Made by a program: the position numbers and the translations under genes. A DNA stretch of 64,000 nt from Lama glama (taxonomy: Eukaryota). Shown here piece by piece: positions 39,426 through 51,700 of this stretch; positions within the stretch are counted from its first letter, which is position 1; each line of letters begins with the position of its first letter. The notes beneath the pieces were generated by a model. The model did no database searches. It worked only from the letters and a program-made list of their open reading frames with translations, and was not told the origin of the DNA. Location: the NCBI GenBank assembly GCA_028534125.1, contig CM052816.1, positions 87,608,001 through 87,672,000 of the forward strand, given 5' to 3'.

Positions 39426-40171
39426 TCATCTTGATGCTGTAAATCTTGTGCACAAGCAAAGTAGATGGTTTGCTGTGCTACCTGACCCAGGAAGGTTTTT
39501 CACTACCTTTTCAGGAAAATCTCCTACCTATCAGTCCTTTACTCACTCACTCATTTATTTATATACTAACTGGCAAATGAGACACTCATTAACTTGGTAC
39601 AGATTTATTGAGCAGTTACTGTGTTCTCAGCATCATTCTTGGTGACAGGTATGGCCGCTGCCCTGATACAGCCCCACTTTCATTGAAGTCCTCTACTTTC
39701 ATAGATTTAAGGAGGAAAGCTTCTAAGCGACCTTTTCTTCCACCCATTTGTTCAAGAAAAAAGAGTGTAGATATGTAGAGGGCACTGCTCTGGTGTTACA
39801 CTGATCAGCAGTGTGCACGTGCATTGCTGGCCCTTCTAAAGAACTCACTCCCTGACACCTTGTCTGTGCAAGCTCTGCTTGGATCTGTGTACGGACCTCT
39901 ACTTGTGTGTTGTAATATTATTAAAGTTGCCACATACATTATCGTATAATGGATTAATCCAACTCCTGACTAGAGATCTGTGGTGCTCTACTGTCATGCG
40001 GTACATTTCCCGGAGCTACTCCTCAAACATTTTGGCATCTGAAAGAACTAGACATAAATCAAGCATCAGTGTTGTATACGTGTTTTTATAAAATTATCAG
40101 TCTCAAGTAGATAGGAATAAAAAAAATAACTGGTCTTTCAACAAAGATAGTTTAACAAGTGCTGATCTGGA

Positions 40172-40376
40172 CCAATGTTTCTCAGATGGGTGTGATTTTG
40201 CACCCTTCTTCTCCCTCAAGGACAGGTGGCAAGGTCTAGAAGCATGTTTGGTTGTCACAACTAGGAGATTGGTGGTGTCACTGGACTCTAACTCCCCACA
40301 ATGTGCACGAGAGCCTCACACAATGAAGAGTTTTCCAGCCCAGTGTGTCAGTAGTACTGATGTGGAGAAACCCTGC
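40172..40376 (+). mobile_element. MER20-like hAT-Charlie MITE
   Basis: caatgtttctcagatgggtgtgattttgcaccc...tttggttgtcacaactagg...tgtggagaaaccctg, with residual terminal inverted ends. Confidence 0.75.
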
Positions 40377-40823
40377 ATTAAAGATAATCAGGAAAGTTTG
40401 GAATTTATCGTGTAGAGACTACACGAGTGAATTTCCCTGAGAAAAATTTGAAGAGTTGCTAAGGAAGTGATATGAGACTGAAGAGAGCAGAATGCCTGAG
40501 AGTGCTGCAGTAATTCAAGGCTGAAGGGAGGCAGGGTTTTAGATGCGGGTAGAGATAGAACCAGATAAGAGAGAGGAAAACAAATATGAGCCGTATGTGG
40601 TGGAGGGTGGGGGAAGAAAGGAGGAGTTCCATGCCTCTTGACATGGCCACGGGGACATGCTGCTGAGAGTACTGGCAGCAACTTGAAGACATGGGAGTGA
40701 GAAAGATGAGCCAGGTGTTGGGTGTCTGACTTACTGAACACTGCTCAGCATCCTACAATACACAGGCAGTCCACAGGAAAGGATCATCCAGGCCATGACA
40801 GAGTCATGGTTAGAAAGCCCTGG

Positions 40824-41234
40824 TGTCATGGACTGAATACTGTGTCCCCATAGATTCATGTGTTGAAGCCCTTTCTCCGATGTAATGATATTTGGAGACC
40901 TGGCTCTATGGTGGGTAGTTTAGGTTAGATAAGTTCATAAGTGTGGGGCCCTGGTCTGATGGCATTAGTGCCCTTGTCAGAAGAAACATCAGAGAGCATC
41001 TTCTCTGTCTCTGTCTCTTTCTCTCTCCCTCCCTCTCTCTCTCTCCTCTCCATGGGAGAACACAGCAAGAGGGTGAGCATTGGCAAGCCAGGGAGAGAGC
41101 TGTCACCAGAAGCCAACCCTGCTGGTACCCTGATCTGAAGATCCCAGAATCCAGATCTGTGAGAAATAGCTGTCTGTTATTTAAACCATCCAGTTTATGA
41201 TACTTTTCTGTAGGAGCCTGAGTAGACTAACACA
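40824..41234 (+). mobile_element. Complete MaLR solo LTR (MLT1A-like) with 5-bp TSD
   Basis: tgtcatggactgaat...ctaacaca, flanked by identical CCTGG (40819-40823 and 41235-41239). Confidence 0.92.
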
Positions 41235-42248
41235 CCTGGTCTAAACAATTGCCGACTACTACACACCCAACCTTTCTCAGCCTTTTCTCAAAATTCCAAG
41301 GAGTAATACCGCTACATTAAGCCCCTTTGAGATTTCATACACATACAGTTTTTATCTGGTGTTTCTCCTATACTAATTGGAGTGGATTTGTTTGTTTCTT
41401 TTTCTCATTCAAGCAATACTCTTCAAGTCCTCTTTAGGGGTTGCTTTATTAACATTACAATTTAGCAGCAACGTTCTCACCCAGCTGATAATTAGATATA
41501 AAGAACATTTCTTTCCCAGTATTTAATCCCATTACCTTTAAAGTTTTGCTTGATGTGCATATTACCCAAAGTTTCAGCCTGCCCTAATGCTCATTTTCTA
41601 TTAACAGCACAGTAAGAAAATGTCTGTGTCTCAAGGTCATAATAAAAGGTGCTTATTTGGTCCACAGGATTTTGAAGCAAAAGCTCTCAGTATCAGTACT
41701 GATGGGGTCAAAGCCCAAAGGTTAGGGCTTTAATCTTTCTAATGAATTTTGAATATTCTTTTTAAAATGCAGTGTTATTTCTATAGGTCACACAAGAGGC
41801 CGTTTACAGCAGGAAAATCATACAAAAGAAAGCAAAAGAGAGGTCTTCGTGCAGTGAAATGGATTCAAAGCCAAGCTAAGCATTGGAATGTGTAGCTTCA
41901 AGTTCACACAATTAACCTGCAATGTAAATAAACAACAAAATAGTGCATTGTCCTCAAATAAATTGAGTTTTTGGTCGCTAGGTTAGTGGTTTTAGCCCTA
42001 CATTTTTAGCTATGCATGTTTTCAAAATTCAAATGTTATTTTATATACTGCACAGAATTTCTAAGGAAGGAGGTTTTAGGTAAGATAATCAGTTCAGCCA
42101 TAATTTATCAAAGTCACATGTGTGACACTGGCTAACATAACACATTAGCACAATTCTCAACAAATAAGTAACTACATTAGGACATTTATAAACACATTTC
42201 CAGTATCTAGCAACTAGAAATGGCTAAGATAGATAATCACAACAAAAA

Positions 42249-42493
42249 TGGGATTTCAAAATTTGTAGATACTGACAAGCATATGTAGAATAGGTAAACA
42301 AGATTATCCTGTATAGCACAGGGAAATATATACAAGATCTTGTGGTAGCTCACAGCAAAAAAGAATGTGATAATGAATATATGTTCATGTGTAACTGAAC
42401 AATTGTGCTCTACACTGGAATTTGACACAACATTGTAAAATGACTATAACTCAATTAAAAAATGTAAAAAAAAAAGTAAAATAGAAAAAAAAA
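42249..42493 (+). mobile_element. 5'-truncated camelid-type L1 3' end
   Basis: tgggatttcaaaatttgtagatactgac...ctgtatagcacagggaaatatatacaagatcttgtgg...gaatttgacacaacattgtaaaatgactataactcaattaaaaaa. Possible A-rich TSD acaacaaaaa (42239-42248 / 42494-42503). Confidence 0.9.
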
Positions 42494-43782
42494 ACAACAA
42501 AAACTGATTTCTAACATCCATGGAGCACATGCAATGCAGTCATGACTCTTAATCTCTTTACATTTACCGTGTTAACATCCTCATGGCAGCCATATAAACT
42601 AGATAGAGACATTCTGATCACTTTTTTAGTAGGCAAAGAAACTAAGACAAAAAACAATGAGACCTCATTCCCACGACCAGAGGTAGGATCTAGGCACCCA
42701 GGGTTGTGAAGGGGTAAAGGGCAAAGTGAGCACAAAGCAAAAATCTGTCACTTGAGAGCGAAGGATGTATGTTACCTACATTTTCAGAGTCTCTTCCCAC
42801 AGTTAATGATGCTGCTCTAGTGCCTGTAGGCAATTTAGAAGAAAAGGTTGTTTGGTCAAATAAATTTCGGGAATGCCTCGGTTTATATTTCTCTCTTGGA
42901 GAATCACAGCATATTAACATACTAAAGCTTACCTGTCCAATTCATGATTTAAAAGCCTTTTAATTTCACATTAGAATCCCACAGCTGAGGCTTTCAATCC
43001 ATAGTTTTCAAAGCTCTTTTATCACACATACAAAGTAGTGATATGAAGAAAACTTCATGTTTTTAATCTACAGGTAACATGCTGAAATACATTGAATTAA
43101 TCAATGTTAGTCTAAAAATATCAAGTTTATAATAGATAAAAATGCAATAGGAGGGTTAAAGTGGTCTAGTTGAGTCATAAATGTGCATTATAGAAGTTAT
43201 TAAAGGTAATTAGATTATGCAACAGCTTTTTAACAAAAAACTGTTCACTATCCTTTGATTATATAAGCATTAATTACCAGTTTTTAGTTACCTAATGCCC
43301 TTTAACAAACCAACCCAAAACTTAGGGGCTTAAGAAAACAGCAATGTCTTATTATGTCTTAATGGGCTACGGTCATCTGAAGAAAGAGAATATATATATA
43401 TACACACATGTGTGTATATATATATATATATTTATATATATTAGTGTGTGTGTATGTGTGTGTGTTTATATATAAGGAGATTTATTATGAGGAGTTGGTT
43501 TAAGTGATTTTGGAGACTAAGTCCCACAATCTGCCACCTACAAGCTAGAGACTCAGGGAGGCCATTGGTGTCCTAGTCTGAAGTGCTAAGAAAAGAGGAA
43601 CCAGCGGTATAAGTCTCTGCCTGAGGTCAGGAGATGACGGATGTCCCAGCTCACCCAGTCAGGCGGAAAAAGGAGTGAAATCTTTTTTCCATTGTCTTTT
43701 GCTCCATTTTGACCCCCAATGGAGTGGATGATACCCATCAACATTAAGAAAGGCAATATGCTTTACTGAATCCACTGATTCA

Positions 43783-44485
43783 GGGCCTGGGGAAGAGGAG
43801 AGTACAGGTAGCAACAGGTCAAAAGTTACAAATTTTCAGTTATAAGAATAATAACCTTTAAGACTCTCATGTACAGCATGGTGACTATAGTTAATAATAC
43901 AATATTTTATGCAGGTGTTGCCTACTTTTCAAAAGTTCTTTTTATACCACTTCACTTTTAGGAAAACTCTTTTATCAGTACTTGTTCTTGCTAATCAAAA
44001 GAAATCTGAAGAGGATTTTTGCCTTGAGGAAAAAAGTTGAAAAGTGAAAATAGTGAGCACCCAAAGCTGCAAAAAAGGCCCCGCCGAACTCCTTCCCTGG
44101 GAACCACACTCGGCATCTCAACGTCAAGCTGCCCTAGCTTTGAACTGCATCTATGAGCACCTGTGCTTTAATCTTGATTTATTTATTTTGGTCTGTTAAC
44201 AGGATGTATCCTAAGATAGGTGCTTCTTCACTTTACACTATTTTGGCTTATGAACAGTTTAATAGGAATGTTCTCCTTTTAAAATTGCTGAGAGTAAATC
44301 TTAATCATTCTCACCACACACACAAAAAAAGAAAAGGAAAGTTAAGTATGTGATGTTATGGATCTGTTAATTATCTTCATCTTGGTAATTATTCCACAAT
44401 GTATAGGTCTATCAAATCACTTAGTACACTTATACAATTAAATTTCTCAATTATTCCTCAATAAAGTTTAATTTTTTTTTAAATG
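43783..44485 (+). mobile_element. L1MA-like 3' end inserted in the MLT2, itself split by a MITE
   Basis: ttcagttataag...catgtacagcatggtgactatagttaataatacaatatttt resumes as aaaattgctgagagtaaatcttaatcattctcaccacacac...cctcaataaag. Confidence 0.85.
43912..44280 (+). mobile_element. Tigger-type (TcMar) MITE, right TIR apparently lost
   Basis: Starts caggtgttgcctacttttcaaaagttc; contains ggccccgccgaactccttccctgggaaccacactcggcatctc. Resembles a laurasiatherian Tigger1a-like MITE. Confidence 0.7.
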
Positions 44486-45714
44486 AAGACTTTGGCATAC
44501 CAAGAAAAAAAATTGCGAATCTCATCCAGAAATCCTCACTTACACTCAGACATAATGTTTAGTCAAATATCTGGGCTTAATCTAGCCACGTTGACATATA
44601 AAGTTATAAATATTTTCCTTACAGCAGGGGATAGTTGTGTGCATTTTCTGTTTCCTGGGGTCCTGTCTTCACTCACAAGCCTGAAATTCTTTCCTCCTCC
44701 ACATGGTGCCCATCTGTCTGTCTTCGTTTCTCTGTCCTTCCCTATTCCTTCCATGTGGTGTGTCCTTCCTTATTCAGTAGTCTAGCTTGGACTTCCTCAC
44801 ACCATGGTGGCGGGTCTTCAAGAGGAGGAGGCAGAGGCTGCCTCTTTTTTAAGATGCTATTCAGAGGTTCCAAAACATCACTTCCACTGCAATTGATCCA
44901 TCCAGTTGAGTCTACTAGACAACTAGATTCTGTTCCTTACTGTGAGAGCGTATGCATATGCCACCTACTCAATGTTTTGTAGCAAATCTTAGAATCAACA
45001 ATAAATAATGTTTGAATGGTTTTAGACATGTTTAAAGCATAAAGGGAATCAATCAAGGGCTTTTATTGCACATTTTATGTAATACTACTTATTCTAAAAA
45101 ACTTTCACAAAAGCAAGGATTAGAACTTCTAAAACTTTAAATATGAAATATGTATATTATTGTATATGTATATATTTTTGAGATTCATATATACACATTC
45201 AAATATATATTAATCTAACAAACAAGCACCTAAAATTCTTTATATTTAACTCATAGATTTTATTGCATTTTTATTCTTCCTCAAAATTATTGAAATATCC
45301 TAATAGCCCAGAAGTTTTCAAAAAACCCTTGGAGTTACTACAGGGGCTACTATATTTGGGATTTTAAACCAAACCTACATTTCAATATGGTAAGGGGGCA
45401 TGCTATAAGCTTTGATCCATTTTATTTATTAGGTTTTTTAAATGAGGTTTATTTAGTGAATTAATTACTTACATCAAAAGCATGGATAAAAAATCTAATC
45501 ACACACACTTGGAGAAACAAAATTCATGATAGATTTACTGATTTACTCAAGGTCAAGTAGCAGGTCTATAAGAAACATACAGAGAAAAGTTCTCATGACT
45601 TTGAATTTTTGCTCTTCAAAACCACATTGTTTCCTTTATTATAACAGGTATATTTTGACCATATGGCATTATACAGAGAGAGAGGACTGCTACGAAAAAT
45701 GAGAAGACATAGAA

Positions 45715-45933
45715 CAAGCTTTCTTAACCTTAGAACTATTGATATTTTTCCCCAGTTAACAATTTTTTGTGGTAAGCTCTCTCGTGAATTCTAAGATATT
45801 TAGCAGCCTTCCTGGCTTCTATATTTTTGATGCCAGCAGTATCCCTCCCCCATGTTGTGAGGACCAAAATGTCTTCATCATCGTCAAATGCCCCCTGTGT
45901 GGCAACCCCCACCCCTGCCAATTGGAATCACTG
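45715..45933 (-). mobile_element. MER20-like MITE
   Basis: tttcttaaccttagaactattgatattt...gatgccagcagtatccctcccc...tcaaatgccccctg...ttggaatcactg. Confidence 0.75.
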
Positions 45934-48900
45934 GTATAGAAAGAAAAAGTTTTGAAGATAGTTGATGGTTTGTGAAACACATGAAAGAGAGACAGAGTAT
46001 AAAGCCTGCGAATATCCATTTTCCTTGATAATTCAGTGAGGGGAATTTTCAGGATATGCTTCTTTAGAGTATCAAATAGCATAGGGATTTGCCCTATATA
46101 TTTTTGTACTATGATGACAATAGTTTCCTTTAATGTCTTTTTGCCTTATGTATTTTTTATTATTGAATGAAATATGGCTTTATATAATGCATATGATATG
46201 GTTAGTATTTGATGTTATAAAATTTTGATTCTACACTTGTTACAAATAGGTCACTATCAGTATAACCATGCTGCAAGAGCTTTTTAAGCTCTACTATTAT
46301 GATTTCCATCAATTCGAACACTTTTGGGGATCAGTCCCAGGTTTTAGTTACACCATTTTAATATCAATTCACATCCGAGACTTTGGAAACCAGAAATCAT
46401 CAAAAAAGTTAAGTGCAAGAAGGACTCAGCGTACTAGAGATTTAAAAGTCAAAGTTAGATCTGTGCTTCCCCGTGGTAAAATTAAATCAAGTCTTAATTC
46501 AGCAGAAATTTAAATTAGCAGAATTAGAGCTTGAATAAGTTATTTTTGAGCTCTAGGAGAGCAGTCTCTCTTTTTTTTTTTTCTCCCAAGCTGGTATATC
46601 CTATATTGGCTGAAAACAAATTTTTCGTAAATCACAGCATTTTTCTTATTAGAAACTCTGAAACTATCGGATGAGGACACAGTATGAAATTTCTATCATC
46701 TGACCGTCAGAATTATCTATTCCAAAGCAAGTCAGAGAAATCAGACTGTAGTTTCCTTCCTACCGTGTGTCAGTCCTATGGGTAAAATCTTAGGATGAGG
46801 ACGTTTTGAGAAGGTACAGGAAGTGTGGGCCAGTTACAGCAAGGCAACATGTGATTGTGCCCAAGTGGGAGTCAGAAAGCCTTTCCAGGTGTATTTGAGC
46901 ATCACAGTTAATGTTTTCTCTCCTTTTCCTACCTTCTCTTATTTTCTGTTTCTTATGTGGACCTATTGTGCAGCTCCATGTAGTCTGTCCCTCATAACCC
47001 TGGAGAGGCTGATTTGTTTCCACACTTTACGGTACTCGAGAGAGTTTCATGACTAGCTGCACTCTCAGGCTGGTGTCCTGAACCTCAGGCCTGCCTGCCA
47101 GCCAGGAGTCCAGGGGCCCTTTGAGGCCAAGTCCCCAGGTATGACCTCACACCGTCAGTCATGGTGAGGGAGGAGCCGTGTCCTGGCTGCACAGGTGACC
47201 ACGGCAGAATTTGGGGTCTAGCTGCTTCTCATACAGACATTCAGCCAGTCTGTCTGTTTTTACACACACACTCACCACACACACACACACACACACACGT
47301 ATATATATATTTACATTCAAAGGTACCACTTGCCTTCATTTCTGAGTCTTTTTGGGATTCTTTGGTGTCAACTGGACTTCCTGTTGGCATCTGAACCTGC
47401 AAACTCAGTATAATTTTTCCATGTTCCAAGTTCTTGATCAGGGCCCCATGTACTTGCTAGTGTGCCTTGTCTTGTTACTGTTTTCTGTCCTTTATAACTT
47501 TGGGGCTGTATGTTTTTGTTTGACAATAATCTTACTTGTTTTTCAGAAAACAGCAGAGATAAACATGTGTTCTTACCATTGTAGGTAGCTCTCATATCTA
47601 AATTTCTAAGGATTTCTTTAGGGTACAAAATTCAGAAGAAAATTGAAAAGTCTATTTAAGGTTAAGATGACTTGTAACTTTGATAGACTTTTACACCTCC
47701 ATGGACTTTTTAATTTGATTTTAGAAAACTAAGAATTTAAAAAAAATTTTTAATTTTCAAATATTGAGCAGATGGCCATGTACTGTGTTGGTGGCTGGAC
47801 TGAGCACTCTCTGTGTTGGTTTGTATGAGCTGTTACTCTTATTTTTATTTGTGGTTTAGAGTGTTACTGTTAGAAACTCAGGATAACAGATACAATTATT
47901 TTAATAAACATGCTACTATAACTGATAATTCCTTACACATTTTTCCCTAAATATGTTACACATTAGAATGCATGCATTTTCCAAATACAAAGTGATGTTC
48001 ACCCACCACCTCCCCAGGCATATCCCATGCTTTACAGATAAATGCACTGAGCATTCAATTGCAGATATTCAGCAGATCATGATAATGAACGTGTTAGATA
48101 CAACAGACTTTCAAATTCAAAATATTTAAAAATTGACAGTGCAGTTCATTTTCCCTCCACTTATAGTTCCTACGCTGTTTCTAGTGTATCATTTGATTAT
48201 AGAAAGGTGAGATAAAACACAGTGAAAAGAATTAAAGAAGAAATAAACACTAAGATGGCATAATTGTGTCTGTGAAAACTCTCATCCATTGTCCACCAAC
48301 TAAAAAGCCTGGATTTCCAAAAATGATTGACTAGAGCATTTTGTGATTAGATAGGAAAATGAATTGAATTGCACTATGTGTCTTTAGCGCATTATGTTCA
48401 TCTTTTCTAAGGTGGGAGGTGGGCAGCAAAAGAAATATTTAAGTATTTGTGGATAAAGTTTCCAAAACACACACATACATAAAATATTCATGAGATGAAC
48501 ATGTGGATAAAGTCAAAAGATGCCAGAAGAAACACTGAAGTTCTGTAATAAGTTCTGTATAATTTTCAAAAAAAGTTGAAATCATTAGCACCTGTTCAAA
48601 AATAAAAAATATATACATATAAATTGCTTTGATAATTTAATATAAATATACCTATTGATTATTAGAGAGAAATTACATGTTGAAAGGAGCTGTTTACTTT
48701 TTATTTACATAAATACAGATTTTATTAAAAAGATAGTTATCCCAAAGTTATTTGTTACTTGTCAATAAAACTGAATTTTAAAGTGTATTACTATTTTTCA
48801 GGAGTGTTAGTTTTAGGATGGTTTAAGAAATCCATTCTGTCATTTTTGGAAAAGTTCAATTTAAACCATTAAATAGCTACATATTTTTTTTCACTTGAAA

Positions 48901-49729
48901 AGGAATTGCACTTTAAAGTTCAAACTTAGCAAACTGAGCATTTTAATGAGGCAGGTATTTCTAGTGGGTCAAGTTCCTTCAAAGAAAGAGTATGTCTATG
49001 CTTTTAGAAAAATGTTAGACATCTTTAAACCCTGCCCTTCTAAAAACATCTGAATCCAATCTATTTTAATGGACTTTAAAGATAATTTCTTGTCTTTTCT
49101 TTCAAGTGAGTCCATATAAAATTTATCTAGGTTAATGTGAAAGTTAAATATATAAAAAAAGCAGAATTAGGACAAAATGAAAAGTATCTACGCTCTTATA
49201 ATTATTGTCTTAATGTCACCTCTTCCCACAATTCCATTTCCTGGAATAAAGATGAGTTATTTTCAAAGTGTAGTTTCATTAAAGATCCCATTTCTGCAGG
49301 ACTCATTTTTCAGAAGGAACTTACTGATTGTTTGGTGGTTTGAATTTTACTTAAAACTGACATCTCTAACTTAATGAGAGCTAACCATTTGAGGCAGGAA
49401 TGACAAAAGTCTAAATCAAAATAGTCAGTTATTATAATAGATGGAGAACTTGAATCCTAACAGCTTAATTTCAATCTTTTGGTGTTTTGTTTTACCTTTG
49501 AGGTGTCCCCGGGTGCTGTTGCCCTGAACTCTCTTCAGAGAACAGGTCTGGAGTCAGCAGTCTATGGGTCTGCATGTAGAGAGTTCTTTCGTGCTGATCT
49601 CTGTTTTCAGATTCTGGAATAGAATGATCTTTTTGCAGTAAAGGAGAGGGTAAACTTTTTCTCCCCGTTGTCAGTGCCCGCTGGCACTGGGTTAAAGGTG
49701 ACCACTGTTTCTACTGTCTTGACCTGGCC

Positions 49730-50900
49730 TAAGGGGACTGAGATGATTAAGGGAGTTTCTGGATGAAATTAACACTTGAATCTGTAGAGAATGAATGAAT
49801 GGAATAAACAGTTAGACAAGACAACTCTGAAATTTGAGCATAGATGATAAAGATTGGTTTCCTTCAAAGATGTGCATGGAGTGGGTTTGTTTCAGGCTAT
49901 ATTACATTGTAACGGTTAGCTGGAGATCTATTCCTGGAGAGAGATTACACAGGCTGTTGAAAATGCAAGGACGAGAATCTGGAGCCTAGAGAGCAAGTAC
50001 AGATGCAGAGTCTGCGTGGGATAGCATGTCCATGCGTTACAGGAGGTGAAATTCCTGTGGGGAAGAGTATGGAGAAAGGACGATGTGCTGTCAGTTCAGC
50101 AGGGCCCTTTCTTCAAGGAAAGCAGAAATTTAGAAGAGGCAGTCACTGGAGGAATCCAGAGAAAGAACAAAGTAAAAGACAGCTCAAGAAACAGTTTTCA
50201 AAGTCAGGAGGGAGATTCACAACGCGAATTGCCACTGAGAGAGCCCGATAACTAGCACGAAGGCTGATCAGGAGGGATCTTCCCCAGAACGGCAGGAAAC
50301 CCTCAGCAAGTCAATTGCAGCCGAGTGAGGCTGGTTAAAGTGCCCAGGGATAAGGTGTACGAGTGGGTGGCAGAGCTGCTCAAGGACATAGACTTTTTTT
50401 CTCAAAGTTTTGCCATGAAATCAATGGAGAGCAATGGAAAATACTTGAGGAACTGGAGGGTTAAGAGCTGGCTAGAAGAGGCCCGGGCATTTTGTAGGCT
50501 GAGGATTAGAAACCAGAAGACCGGAAGAAACAAAAGCATACGTGAAGCATGATTCTGGTGGGAAATGATAGACTCAAGAAGGTTGGTTAGGCTAGTTTAG
50601 GGAAGTAGAGGGGATATTATTTTAGAGAAAAGAACAAGACAAGTTTAAAAAAAATAAGACTTCAATGCTGTATAGAGTAAGAAGTACTGAAGTTTTAGGA
50701 TCTCCTATAAAATCATCTTGCTCTTCAATGAATAGAAGGCAGCTTCACTGCTGAGTCTTTAAAGGAGATGGAGAAAATCTGGATTTGGAGGACAAGGGAA
50801 GTGAAATATAATGAAAGCTGACCAGCGATGAGGACTCGGTGATGTTTGCAGCTGCTGCAAATAGCAAGTAATTTTCCCAAGTCAATCTTAAATAGACTAG
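49730..50900 (-). mobile_element. L2 remnant
   Basis: ggagatctattcctggagagagattacacaggctgttgaa...ttttcaaagtcaggagggag...aaagttttgccatgaaa resembles antisense L2. Confidence 0.55.
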
Positions 50901-50929
50901 AGCTGTAACAGACAGCATACACAGTTGAG

Positions 50930-51180
50930 CAGTAGGTAAAAATACAGCATGGGCTTTGACTTGGACAGATTTGAAATTGACATTTGGTGTTCCAGTTTAA
51001 TTTACTTCCAGTGTGACCTTGGTCAGTTTATACATTCATGCTGAGCTTCAAGTTCTTAATCTGTAACCCGGGGATAGTACTTCTACTCTTGTGTGGTTGT
51101 TTTATTACCATGTAGTAATGTGCATAAAGGACCCACCAACTACAGTGCTTATCGAATACTTATTCATCTTCAAATGGTAA
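50930..51180 (+). mobile_element. MIR SINE
   Basis: agcatgggctttgacttggacagatttg...tgtgaccttggtcagttt...tgagcttcaagttcttaatctgtaacccgggatagtac. Confidence 0.7.
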
Positions 51181-51477
51181 TCGTGTCTTATCATAACTCT
51201 AAAGCAATGGCTCTCACATCGTGAAAGCTCTCTTGTCAAAGACCGTTGATAGCAGGAGTAATTTGAGAAATGTAATACTTTCCTGATGCACTTAGGGGCA
51301 CATCACATTAATTATTGCTAATTGTGACTAACAGGCAATATTGGACTATAAATGTTAAGTCCTTCTTGCTAATTTGGTTGTGTCTGATTGGCTTAGACAT
51401 CGATTAATGCATCGTGCAAATGAGTCTCATATTTGGCAGGAAACATATTTCTAGAGGCATCAGCTTCCTTTTAGCTT

Positions 51478-51700
51478 GGAAGTCAGTAATGTACAGTCTG
51501 CAGATCAAACTGGCCAGCCACCACTTTTTACAAAGTTTCCTTGGCATTCAGTTACATTCATTCATTTAAGTACTATCTCTGGTTGCTTTTACACTGTAAT
51601 GGCCAAATGGAGCAGTTGTGACAGAGAGCCTAGAGCTTGCAGATCCTAAAATATGTAATATCTGGCTCATTATAGAAAAGTTGGCTGACCTCTGCTCTAG
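51478..51700 (+). mobile_element. MER58A-like hAT-Charlie MITE
   Basis: aaagtttccttggcattcagttacattcattcattt...gagcagttgtgacagagag...atctggctcattatagaaaagttggctgacctctg. Confidence 0.75.

Larger units (their letters stand above)
43381..44615 (-). mobile_element. MLT2-type ERVL LTR, split into about 43381-43782 and 44510-44615
   Basis: aaggagatttattatgaggagttgg...ctttactgaatccactgattca resumes as aatctcatccagaaatcctcac...ataatgtttagtcaaatatctggg...gttgacatataaagtta. Confidence 0.85.
43280..44980 (-). mobile_element. MLT1-type MaLR LTR (outer layer), split into about 43280-43380 and 44620-44980
   Basis: ttagttacctaatgccctttaacaaaccaacccaaaacttaggggcttaag ... tagcttggacttcctcacaccatggtggc...catcacttccactgcaattg. 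Confidence 0.6.

Noticed and set aside
46950..47240. GC-richer patch as a CpG island or promoter
   Set aside because: It is too short with few CpGs, and is more likely part of an old L1/HAL1 5' remnant.
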